The notes beneath the pieces were generated by a model. That model ran no database searches. It was not told where the DNA came from and saw only the letters and a program-made list of their open reading frames with translations. Below are positions 37,194 to 45,630 of a stretch of 64,000 bases of DNA, in pieces (the first letter of the stretch is position 1; every line of letters begins with the position of its first letter). This DNA comes from an uncultured Gemmatimonadales bacterium (GTDB lineage: Bacteria > Gemmatimonadota > Gemmatimonadetes > Gemmatimonadales > GWC2-71-9): positions 896,156 to 960,155 of the forward strand of contig CAVSPJ010000001.1 of NCBI GenBank assembly GCA_963729985.1. The letters run 5' to 3'. The position numbers and the translations under genes are program-made.

Positions 37194-38207
37194 TCATGCT
37201 GCCGGCCACTGCTGGGTCACACAGTGGAAGGCACCCAGCCCCCAAACCAGGTCGGTGCAGTCTATGCCGACGACGTCGCGGCCGGGGAAGAGTCGTTCCA
37301 GGATTTCCCGGGCCTCGGCGTCACGGTCGGGGTCGTAGGTCGGCAGTAGCACCAGGCCGTTGGCGATGTAGAAGTTGGCGTAGCTCGCCGGCAGCCGCTG
37401 GCCCTCGTGGTACATCGGGCGGGGCATGGGCAGGGTCAGCACCCGCAGCCGCGTTCCGTCCTGATCCCGCATGGTCCGGAGCCGTTCCAGGTTCTGCTGG
37501 AGCGGCTCGTAGTTTTCGTCCCTGGGGTCGTCCTCCACCACGGTGACGACCGTGGTGGGATCGACGAATCGGGTCAGGTCGTCGATGTGCCCATCGGTGT
37601 CGTCACCCGCGATTCCGTCACCCAGCCAGAGGATGTTGCTGACGCCGAGATGCCGGCGAAGCTTCGTCTCGATGGCCTCCCGGCCGAGCCGGGGGTTGCG
37701 GTTCGGATTGAGCAGGCAGGCTTCGGTGGTCAACAGGCTTCCGTGGCCGTTTACGTCGATGGATCCGCCCTCGAGTATCATGCCCGGGTGGTACACCGGG
37801 ATGCCGTATTCGCGGCCGATGCGGGTCGGGATGACATCGTCCAGGTCATACGGCGGGTACTTGCCGCCCCAGGCATTGTAGCCCCAATCCAGGATGGCTT
37901 CCTCGACCTGCCCGTCGGACCGGCGCTGGACGAATATGGGGCCGTGATCCCGGCACCAGGCATCGTTGGTTGGGTTGTGATGGAAGAAGACGTTGCTGGC
38001 GCCGGTCCCCTGGTCCGCCAGGAACCGGCGGACCCCGGCCTCCATCTCGGGCCCCGCGACGTTGATGTGCACCTCTTCCCGCTCGGCCAGAAGCCGCACT
38101 ACGCGCGCGAAGATTCCCGGGATGGCGTCGAACTTCCCGGGCCAGGAGGCTTCCTTATGGGGCCAGCTCAGCCAGGTGCCGCGGTGGGGCTCCCACTCGG
38201 CGGGCAT
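37194..38207 (-). CDS. aguA: agmatine deiminase
   Basis: 337-aa ORF. MPAEWEPHRGTWLSWPH..., DAWCRDHGPIFV, GGSIDVNGHGSLLTTE, C-terminal GLGAFHCVTQQ (catalytic Cys). Confidence 0.9.
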   Translation of the reverse strand: MPAEWEPHRGTWLSWPHKEASWPGKFDAIPGIFARVVRLLAEREEVHINVAGPEMEAGVRRFLADQGTGASNVFFHHNPTNDAWCRDHGPIFVQRRSDGQVEEAILDWGYNAWGGKYPPYDLDDVIPTRIGREYGIPVYHPGMILEGGSIDVNGHGSLLTTEACLLNPNRNPRLGREAIETKLRRHLGVSNILWLGDGIAGDDTDGHIDDLTRFVDPTTVVTVVEDDPRDENYEPLQQNLERLRTMRDQDGTRLRVLTLPMPRPMYHEGQRLPASYANFYIANGLVLLPTYDPDRDAEAREILERLFPGRDVVGIDCTDLVWGLGAFHCVTQQWPAA

Positions 38208-38227
38208 GCGAAATCCGAGGAAGTCCG

Positions 38228-39115
38228 TCAGTCCAGGTATCTCTTCGTGATGTCCTGGTAGGCGTCGATTCGCCGGTCGCGCAGGAAGGGCCAGTGGGTG
38301 CGGCTCGCGTCCACCTTGGACAGATCGCAGTCGGCGACGAGCACCTCTTCACCGGTCCCGCCCTTGACCAGGAGGCGACCACCCGGATCGGAGACGAAGC
38401 TGCCGCCCCAGAACTCGATGCCGCTCCCGGTGTCGCCCTCGTAGCCCACCCGGTTGACCGCGCACACGAAGACACCGTTGGCGATGGCGTGGCTCCGCTG
38501 GATCGTCTCCCAGGCCGACTGCTGCTGCGCCCCGTGCTCCTGCTTTTCGGCCGGCAGCCAGCCGATGGCCGTCGGGTAGAAGAGGATCTGGGCCCCGCTC
38601 AGGGCGGTGAGCCGGGCGGCCTCGGGATACCACTGGTCCCAGCAGATGAGCACCCCGATCCGACCGTAGCGGGTGTCCCAGGCGCGGAAGCCGAGGTCGC
38701 CGGGCGTGAAGTAGAACTTCTCGTAGTACTGCGGGTCGTCCGGAATGTGCATCTTGCGGTACTTTCCGAGGTACCGCCCGTCCGCGTCGATCACCGCCGC
38801 GGTATTGTGGTACAACCCTGCGGCTCGCTTCTCGAAGAGCGAGGCGATGATCACCACCTCGAGCTCGCCGGCCAGCCGGGCCAGCCGCTCGCTGGAGGGG
38901 CCGGGGATCGGCTCGGCAAGATCGAAGTACCGGTGATCCTCGGTCTGACAGAAATACTGGCTCCGGAAGAGCTCCTGGAGACAGATGATCCGGGCGCCCT
39001 TGGCGGCGGCCTCGCGAACACCCGCGATGGCCTTCAGCAGATTTTCCTCGGGGTCCGTCGTGCACCGCATCTGGACCAGGCCGAGTGACACCGAGGCATT
39101 GCCGGACGAGTTCAT
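38228..39115 (-). CDS. aguB: N-carbamoylputrescine amidase (nitrilase superfamily)
   Basis: 295-aa ORF. E-K-C triad context: CLQELF...YRKMHIPD...VLICWDQWYPEAAR. Confidence 0.9.
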   Translation of the reverse strand: MNSSGNASVSLGLVQMRCTTDPEENLLKAIAGVREAAAKGARIICLQELFRSQYFCQTEDHRYFDLAEPIPGPSSERLARLAGELEVVIIASLFEKRAAGLYHNTAAVIDADGRYLGKYRKMHIPDDPQYYEKFYFTPGDLGFRAWDTRYGRIGVLICWDQWYPEAARLTALSGAQILFYPTAIGWLPAEKQEHGAQQQSAWETIQRSHAIANGVFVCAVNRVGYEGDTGSGIEFWGGSFVSDPGGRLLVKGGTGEEVLVADCDLSKVDASRTHWPFLRDRRIDAYQDITKRYLD

Positions 39116-39277
39116 GATGTGAAGATAATGCCCGTGGTTGCCTCGGGCAGCGTCCCCCCGGTGATCCAGGTCACCCCTGGACCGTGGTGATGGGTCGCGG
39201 CGGCCAACGCGGAGTCCGGGCTAGGATGGATCCTGGCCGCGGAGCGGCTCCCACTCTTGGAAAGGAAAACGAGGATC

Positions 39278-40057
39278 ATGAGCGCTGCTTTGCATGTGGA
39301 CGGGTATGATCGCGCGCCTGCGATCCGCTGGGCGGGCCTGACGGCACTCCTGCTGCTGGCCGCCTGCGGCGGCGAACCGCGTGAGTCGCCGGGCGCCCGC
39401 GCCGAGGGTACCGCCATCGCCGACAGCACGCCGGCGGCTCCGGCCGACACCGGCGGGGGCGCGGCAGCCAAAGACTCCGCCCCCAGACAGCAGGCGCAGA
39501 GTCCCGCCGATACGGCGAAGCCGGCCAAGCCAACGGCGCCCGCCGAGCCCGCACCGCCCAAGGCCAAGCCGGCCCCGGAGACGACGGCCACGGCGGTCGT
39601 GCCCAAGGACACGGCCTCGAAGCCTGCCTCCGCCCCTGCCGCCCCGGCGGCCACCGCTACCCCGGCTGCGCCGGGCAACGCCGGCACGGAGCAGACCGCG
39701 GCCGGGGACACGCCGCTGCGCGACGAGTACCACCAGGCTCCGAGGGACACCGTCGACCAGGCCACCTACGACGGCTGGAAACAGTACAATCTCAATTGCG
39801 CGCGGTGTCACGGCGAGGACGTGCTGGGCACGACGATCGCCCCGCACCTTCTCACGTCCCTCAAGCCCGATGGACCCATCAACACTCAGGAAGCGTTCGT
39901 CCAGGTGGTCTGCGCCGGCCGGCCGGAGAAGGGTATGCCGTCTTGGTGCGCGCTGGGAATGGATCCGGCGAAAATCAACCAGATGTACACCTACGTGAAG
40001 GGCAGGAGCGACGGGAAGATTCGTCCCGGCCGGCCGGCCCGTAAGCCGGAAGGGTGA
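39278..40057 (+). CDS. c-type cytochrome lipoprotein with a long Ala/Pro-rich linker
   Basis: ORF 39257..40057 with TTG start; ATG at 39278. Lipobox LLAAC-GGEPRE, about 120 aa of AP-rich low complexity, then a single CARCH haem motif and a GMPSW Met ligand region. Confidence 0.7.
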   Translation: MSAALHVDGYDRAPAIRWAGLTALLLLAACGGEPRESPGARAEGTAIADSTPAAPADTGGGAAAKDSAPRQQAQSPADTAKPAKPTAPAEPAPPKAKPAPETTATAVVPKDTASKPASAPAAPAATATPAAPGNAGTEQTAAGDTPLRDEYHQAPRDTVDQATYDGWKQYNLNCARCHGEDVLGTTIAPHLLTSLKPDGPINTQEAFVQVVCAGRPEKGMPSWCALGMDPAKINQMYTYVKGRSDGKIRPGRPARKPEG

Positions 40058-40061
40058 GCCG

Positions 40062-40472
40062 ATGAAACCGCATGTGGCCGCGCCGCTGCTTCTCATGATC
40101 CTCAGCTTCGGATCCGGCGGGCGCGTCGTGAGCCAGGAGAAGGGAGTCGTGAGCCCCGCGGAGTACGAGGGGTGGCGGCAGTACAGCGCTCAATGCGCGC
40201 GGTGTCACGGGCAGGACGCGCTGCCGAACCCGGTGGCGGCGAATCTGCTGGAGAGCCTGGCACCGGGCGGTCCGGTCGCGGGCAAAACGGCCTTCACCAA
40301 GGTGGTCGAGGAAGGGCGCGAGGAGCGTGGCATGCCGGGCTTTGGGGAGACCATGGAACCCGGCCAGGTCGAGGCGGTTTACGCCTACCTGAAAGGCCGG
40401 GCCGAGAAGCGGATTCCGCCGGGCCGGCCGAAGGAGCCGGCGGGGCCGGACCAGGGGGGTCCGGAGGGCTAA
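40062..40472 (+). CDS. c-type cytochrome, paralog of the preceding gene
   Basis: 136-aa ORF with a signal peptide. WRQYSAQCARCHGQD...GMPGFG...VYAYLKGRAEKRIPPGRP parallels WKQYNLNCARCHGED...GMPSW...MYTYVKGRSDGKIRPGRP. Confidence 0.7.
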   Translation: MKPHVAAPLLLMILSFGSGGRVVSQEKGVVSPAEYEGWRQYSAQCARCHGQDALPNPVAANLLESLAPGGPVAGKTAFTKVVEEGREERGMPGFGETMEPGQVEAVYAYLKGRAEKRIPPGRPKEPAGPDQGGPEG

Positions 40473-40498
40473 GTGAACACCCTCTTCATCGATTACCG

Positions 40499-42433
40499 CT
40501 AGAGCGCCGGGCGGAGAACCAGCGCCGCCTCTCCCAGCCGAACCGGCCACCGGACCGTGAGCGACTCCCCCTGCCGGGTGCGGTCCAATCCGCGCTCCGA
40601 TTTGGCCACCGTCTCGATCGCGAAGCGCCACAGCTCCGCGGTGGGCGTGGAAACCGGTTCCAGAGACCCGGCCAGCGAGAGCTCGGTGGAAAAGAGGTCG
40701 TCCGGCGCGGCCGCCCCCGGATCCCAGGCGTAGCGCACCGTCATCTCCCCATCGCCGGCAAAACGGATCAGCTTGGCCAGCCGCTCGAGTCCCTTGCCCG
40801 CGGCGCAGGCGATCTCCAGGGCGCCGCGCCGCCGCCGCACCGCGTAGTCGAACGGTGTTCGGGCCCAGGAATGCACCACCCGATAGGCGCCGCCCGTGTA
40901 CTCCTCCAGGCCCAGCCGTCCCGGAAGGATCCGTTCGATCAGCAGGGCCCGATCGTCCGCGTCGACCGGCGGACGCCCCTCCAGCCTGATCCCGGCCTCG
41001 ATCTCATGGATGCTGGCCGCGCCCTCGGCCCCGTGCGCCGATTCCGCCGCGGGGCGCTCCAGGGCCAGGTCGTGGTAGGCCTCCCGCCTGCGGGTGAGCA
41101 CATTGGCGTAGTTGATTCCGCCGCGGAAGACGGTGTACTCCTCGACCGCGGCTCCACGCGCCGGGCTCACGATCGCGGAGAACGACTCCGAGTGCACCCA
41201 GATCTCCGGATATCCGTCGCCGTCGAAATCGAGCACCTCCCAGGCGAGCCCCCGGCCCCGGCGGAGCTCGCCTTCCGCGAAGGCCAGCTCGCGCCAGACG
41301 GCGTCCCGGAGGTGCGGCAGGTACAGGCCGCCGAAGACGCCGTGCCAGTACGCGTCGTTGCATTGGGCACGGCCGATGGCTCGGCGGGCCTCGGGGGGAT
41401 TGCCCTTGCGGCGGCAGAGCGCGGACAGCGCCTGCATCTTCTTGTGCATCCGGTTCGACTCGGAGTACTTCACCAGGAAATTCCGCCAATGGGCGCCGCG
41501 GACCAGGGCCCCGTCGGGGCCGGCGAGGCGGGCCTCGCCCAGATCGCGCTGAAGCCGTACGAGCCGGAGCGCCGCATCCGGCGGGAGCGCCCAGCCTTCC
41601 ATCTCGGTATAGGACGCGGTGGGCAGGTACGCCAAGCCGTTGCTGGGCACGTCGGCAAGGGCCTGGTCGAGCCGGCTCAATTCGACCTCACCGCTCTCCA
41701 CCAGTCGCCCGATCACGGCCAGGAACTGGTCGAGCCAGCCGCGCTGGTACACCCACTCCTTCGTGCCGGGCCACCCGCCGAACTTCTCGCCGTCGTCGGC
41801 CAGCACCGCCAGCCGGTGTCCGGCATTTCGGAGCTCCCCGAGATACTGCGCCGTGTCCTCCGGCGGCCGGAATGGGATCAGGTACCGGAGACGCTCGTCG
41901 ATCGGGAACAGGGCCAGGCGGCGCCCGTCGCTCTCGGTCCAGAAGGGAGCGTGCAGCTGCCGGCTCTCGAATCCGGTGGCGAGGAAGTGGCGGTCGTCCA
42001 CCAGGGCGTAGCGGACACCGGCGTCGGCCAGGTCGGCGGCGAGCTCGGGCTCCCACACGCGCTCCGTCAGCCACAACCCTCGGGCGTCCACCCCGAACCG
42101 GCGCTGCACCGCCTGGTGCATCCAGCGGATCTGCTCGATCCGGTCGGCCCTGGGAATGGAGGCCAGCACCGGTTCGTAGAATCCGGCGAGGAGGATCTCG
42201 AGGTTGCCGTCGGCGGCCAGCGTGCCGAGCTGGTCGAGGTAGGCCGGTTCGTGACCCTCCAACCACTCGAGAAGCGGTCCCGAGAGGTGGAGGACCACGG
42301 GGAGAAACCCGCGTCCCGCGAGCCGGTTCACCAGCGGCCGGTACACGTCCTCCAGGTGTTGCGCGAACACATGGTCGAAATTGCCGACCGGCTGGTGGAG
42401 GTGGAGCCCGAAGACGAACTTGATCGGATCCAT
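40499..42433 (-). CDS. GH57 family alpha-glucan-active enzyme (4-alpha-glucanotransferase/amylopullulanase-like, with DUF1925/1926-type C-terminal domains)
   Basis: 644-aa intact ORF. FVFGLHLHQPVGNF...VLHLSGPLLEWL...EILLAGFYEPVL...GLWLTERVWEP...DDGEKFGGWPGT. Confidence 0.75.
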   Translation of the reverse strand: MDPIKFVFGLHLHQPVGNFDHVFAQHLEDVYRPLVNRLAGRGFLPVVLHLSGPLLEWLEGHEPAYLDQLGTLAADGNLEILLAGFYEPVLASIPRADRIEQIRWMHQAVQRRFGVDARGLWLTERVWEPELAADLADAGVRYALVDDRHFLATGFESRQLHAPFWTESDGRRLALFPIDERLRYLIPFRPPEDTAQYLGELRNAGHRLAVLADDGEKFGGWPGTKEWVYQRGWLDQFLAVIGRLVESGEVELSRLDQALADVPSNGLAYLPTASYTEMEGWALPPDAALRLVRLQRDLGEARLAGPDGALVRGAHWRNFLVKYSESNRMHKKMQALSALCRRKGNPPEARRAIGRAQCNDAYWHGVFGGLYLPHLRDAVWRELAFAEGELRRGRGLAWEVLDFDGDGYPEIWVHSESFSAIVSPARGAAVEEYTVFRGGINYANVLTRRREAYHDLALERPAAESAHGAEGAASIHEIEAGIRLEGRPPVDADDRALLIERILPGRLGLEEYTGGAYRVVHSWARTPFDYAVRRRRGALEIACAAGKGLERLAKLIRFAGDGEMTVRYAWDPGAAAPDDLFSTELSLAGSLEPVSTPTAELWRFAIETVAKSERGLDRTRQGESLTVRWPVRLGEAALVLRPAL

Positions 42434-42435
42434 CG

Positions 42436-44129
42436 TCAGCCGATGTCGAGTGATCGCGAGCCGTCGAGCGCCGCGGCGACGGCCGCCAGGACGTGGGGGA
42501 ACACATCGTCACGGCGGGCCAGATCCTCCGCATGGGCCGTGGCCCACGGGAGGCGGTCCTCACCCCCGGACGCCAGCGCGGCCAGCAGCGCCTGCGCGTC
42601 GTCGCAGTGTTCCGTGAACCGGCGTTCGGCGTAATCCGCGGCGGCACCGGTGGAGATGATGAACTGCCAGTCGGAGGCCTGGGCGAGGAGCAACTCCCTC
42701 GCGGCTTGCGCCAGCACCGGTCGCGCGGCCGGTCGGGCGAGCGCTGCCGGGGCCGTGTCCCAGAACGTCTGCTCCAGCGGCCACAGCCGTTCCCAGGTCC
42801 ACGCCGTGGCGTCGCCGAGCCACATGCTGAAGTCGCCGTTGGCCCCCCAGGAGCCCGAGGGGAAATGGATCGGCTGCTTCGCGGGATGACCGGCAAGGTG
42901 TCGGGATACCGTGACCGGCCGGACCCCGCGACCGTCTCGCGCCAGGGTTCGATACACCGCCCCGAGCCATTGCGGCCCCTCGAACCACCAGTGCCCGAAC
43001 AACTCGGTATCGAATGGGGCGACGATGATTCCGTCGGGACGCTGGCCCTCGCCGCGGGCGATCTCCGCGAGGAGGCCCACGAAATGAGCTCGCGTGGCCG
43101 TGGGCGCGGTCGAACGCGGCCCCGGGGTCGTAGGGCTCCTTGCCGCCGAGGTCGACTTCGGCGCCGGTCACCCGCCAGAGCTTGAGGCCGCCCGGCCAGC
43201 GCATCTTGTGAAACTCCAGGTAGGTCCCGTCGCCGGGGTACCCCTGGAACCGGCTCCACACCTGCATGGACGAGCGGGGGTCCCGGACCAGCGCCGCGAT
43301 CCCGTCAGGCGCCCCGGAGTGTGCCACCTGGTAGGCCGCGTAGGGCGAGCGGTGCGCGATGACTGCGGCCTGGTGGCCCGGGCGGTGCTCGGTTGGATCG
43401 CCGCCGGGGTCGCCGTAGATCCCCAGCGGCCGTCCGGCCGAGGCGAGGTGGGAGTCCACGAAAAAGAAGCGGAACCCGGCGTCGCTCAGGTGCTCCTCTA
43501 GGCCCGGTCGGATGCCGGCGCGCGGAGCCGTCGGCCATGGATGCCACGGGCCGCGCGGACGGTAGGCGCACTCCGGAAGCCAGACTCCATCGGGCGCCCG
43601 CCCGAAGAGCCGGAGGTGCTCGGCCCGGCCGACGGCGAGCTGAAGCCGGATGCTCTCGTCACGAGCGAGTAGTGGGAGGAATCCGTGCGTCGCGGCCGAG
43701 GTCGACGGTCTCGAGGCGGCCGGCACGCTCCAGGGCCCGGAAGGCCCCGACGATGTCTCCATCGATGTCGTGAAGGAGCGCGCGCAGCCCGACCAGGCGC
43801 TGGCGCCAGAACTCCACCAGGGGGAGCAGATGCGGTTCCCCGGTGGCCGTGAGCGACGCGGGAGCCTCGTCGCAGGCCAGGAGGCGCTGGGCGAAGAACG
43901 CTTCCAGCTCGGCGAGGAACGCCGGACTGGTGAGCTGGTTGGCGAGAACCGGCGTGACCCCGAGCGTGACGGGGGCGGGGACCCCATCGGCCTCGAGCCC
44001 GCGAAGCGTCTCGATCAGCGGCAGGTAGGTGTCGAAGGCGGCCTCGCAGAGCCAATCACTGCCATGGGGCCAGCGGCCATGGTTCAGGACGTAGGGCAGG
44101 TGGCTGTGGAGCGTGAGGGCAAAGTCCAT
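42436..44129 (-). pseudogene. GH57-type 1,4-alpha-glucan branching enzyme; two frame breaks as sequenced
   Basis: MDFALTLHSHLPYVLNHGRWPHGSDWLCEAAFDTYLPLI..., STSAATHGFLPLLARDESIRLQLAVG...LPECAY..., HFVGLLAEI...APFDTELFGHWWFEG...DWQFII. Joins near 43708 and 43088. Confidence 0.75.
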
Positions 44130-44140
44130 CACTGCATAAC

Positions 44141-45620
44141 CTATCGCATCGCGGCGAAGGCGATGGCCCGGCGGTAGACCTCGAGGTATTGCTCGACCGA
44201 GCGCTCCCAGCCGAAGTCGCGGGCCATGGCACGGCGCACCATCGCCTGCCATCGGGCGAGCGTCGGCGTAGCCCCGGAGCGCGCGGAACCCGGCCGCCTG
44301 AAACGCTTCGGAGGTATACCCGTCGAACGCGAAGCCGGTGACGCCGTCCTCGACCGTGTCGGCGAGCCCGCCGACTCGGCGCACGATCGGCGGGGCGCCG
44401 TAGCGCTGCGCCCGCATCTGGGTGAGGCCGCACGGCTCGTAGAGCGATGGCATCAGGAAGACGTCGGCCCCCGCCATCAACCGGTGCTCCAGCCGGTCGG
44501 TGAAATCGAGCTGCACCCCGATCCGGTTGGGCGCGGACGTCGCCAGCTCGACCAGGGCCCGCTCGTACCGCGGGTCGCCGCTGCCGAGAAAGACGAACTG
44601 CGCGTCGCTACCCAGCAGCTCCGCGGCTCCGAGGATGAGATCGAGCCCCTTCTGGGTGACCAGCCGGCCGGTCATTCCGAAGAGCGGGGCGCGCCGGCGC
44701 TGGGGCAGGCCGAAGGATCGTTGAAGGGCCGCCTTGCAGCGCCGCTTGCCCTCCAGCTTGTCCGCCGAGTACTGGGCGGTGATCTGGGGGTCGGTCACCG
44801 GGTTCCAGAGCCCCTGGTCGATCCCGTTGAGCACGCCGACCAGGCGGTCGCCCAGCGCGATGAAGAGATCGTGCAGACCGAAGCCGCCGCCGGGTGTGCG
44901 CAGCTCCTTCGCCTGGGTGGGGCTCACGGTGGTCACCGCATCCGCGAAGACCAGTCCGCCTTTCAGGAAGTTCACCTTTCCGTACCACTCGAGCCATTGC
45001 CAGGTGTACAGCTCCCACGGCAGCCCGATCTCGGGCATCACCTCGGGGCCGAAGTGACCCTGATAGCCGGGATTGTGGACCGAGACCACGGTGGTCGCAT
45101 TCCGGGCGTAGCGCTCGTGGCCGAGGATGGTGCGGAGGTACACCGGCGCCAGCGCCGTGTGCCAGTCGTGGGCATGGAGGAGAACCGGCCCTTTGACCAG
45201 GCGGGGGAGCGCCGTCATCGCCGCCAGGGCGAAGAACGCGTACCGGCGGTGGTTGTCGGGGTAGTCGCCGCCACCTTCGCCGTAGATCCCGGGCCGGTTG
45301 AAATAGTCGAGATGCTCGATGAAGTACACCCGCGCCCCGGTGGCCGGCCCCGCGACTCGAAAGACCCGCGCCTCCTCCGCACGGGCCCCGACGGTCACGG
45401 TGAACGGCTGGCCGACCGGCTCGAGATCGGGGTCCTCATCCCGCACCGTGCGATAGAGCGGGAGGATCGCGGTCACGTCGAGGCCGGCGGCGTGCTGGAA
45501 GGCGGCCAGGCCGGCGACCGCCTCGGCGAGCCCGCCGGTACGGGCGTAGGGGAAGTACTCCGCCGTCACGTGGACGATCGATACGGGCTCGTCGCCCCGC
45601 GCGGTCATCAGGTTCGCCAT
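44141..45620 (-). CDS. glgA: glycogen synthase (GT5); one frame break near the C-terminus
   Basis: IVHVTAEYFPYARTGGLAEAV...HAHDWHTA...NGID...WNP...PSLYEPCGLTQM. The tail WQAMVRRAMARDFGWERSVEQYLEVYRRAIAFAAMR-TAG lies in the next frame (join near 44252). As sequenced, the ORF reads through into the next gene. Confidence 0.9.
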
Positions 45621-45630
45621 CGATCGGGCC

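Noticed and set aside
39381-39765. Ala/Pro/Arg-rich ORFs on both strands within the cytochrome c linker region (possible overlapping genes)
   Set aside because: Low-complexity GC-rich DNA is open in several frames. Only the frame leading into the CARCH haem motif has a signal peptide and domain.
40172-42634. 820-aa plus-strand ORF
   Set aside because: It is antisense to the intact GH57 gene and the branching-enzyme 3' end. Its composition is Arg/Gly/Pro-rich with no family features.
43659-45620. Apparent 653-aa fusion of glycogen synthase with a GH57 N-terminus
   Set aside because: It is caused by a single-base frame break near 44252 that bypasses the native glgA stop (TAG 44141-44143). The GH57 gene has its own ATG at 44129. 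This is not a real fusion.
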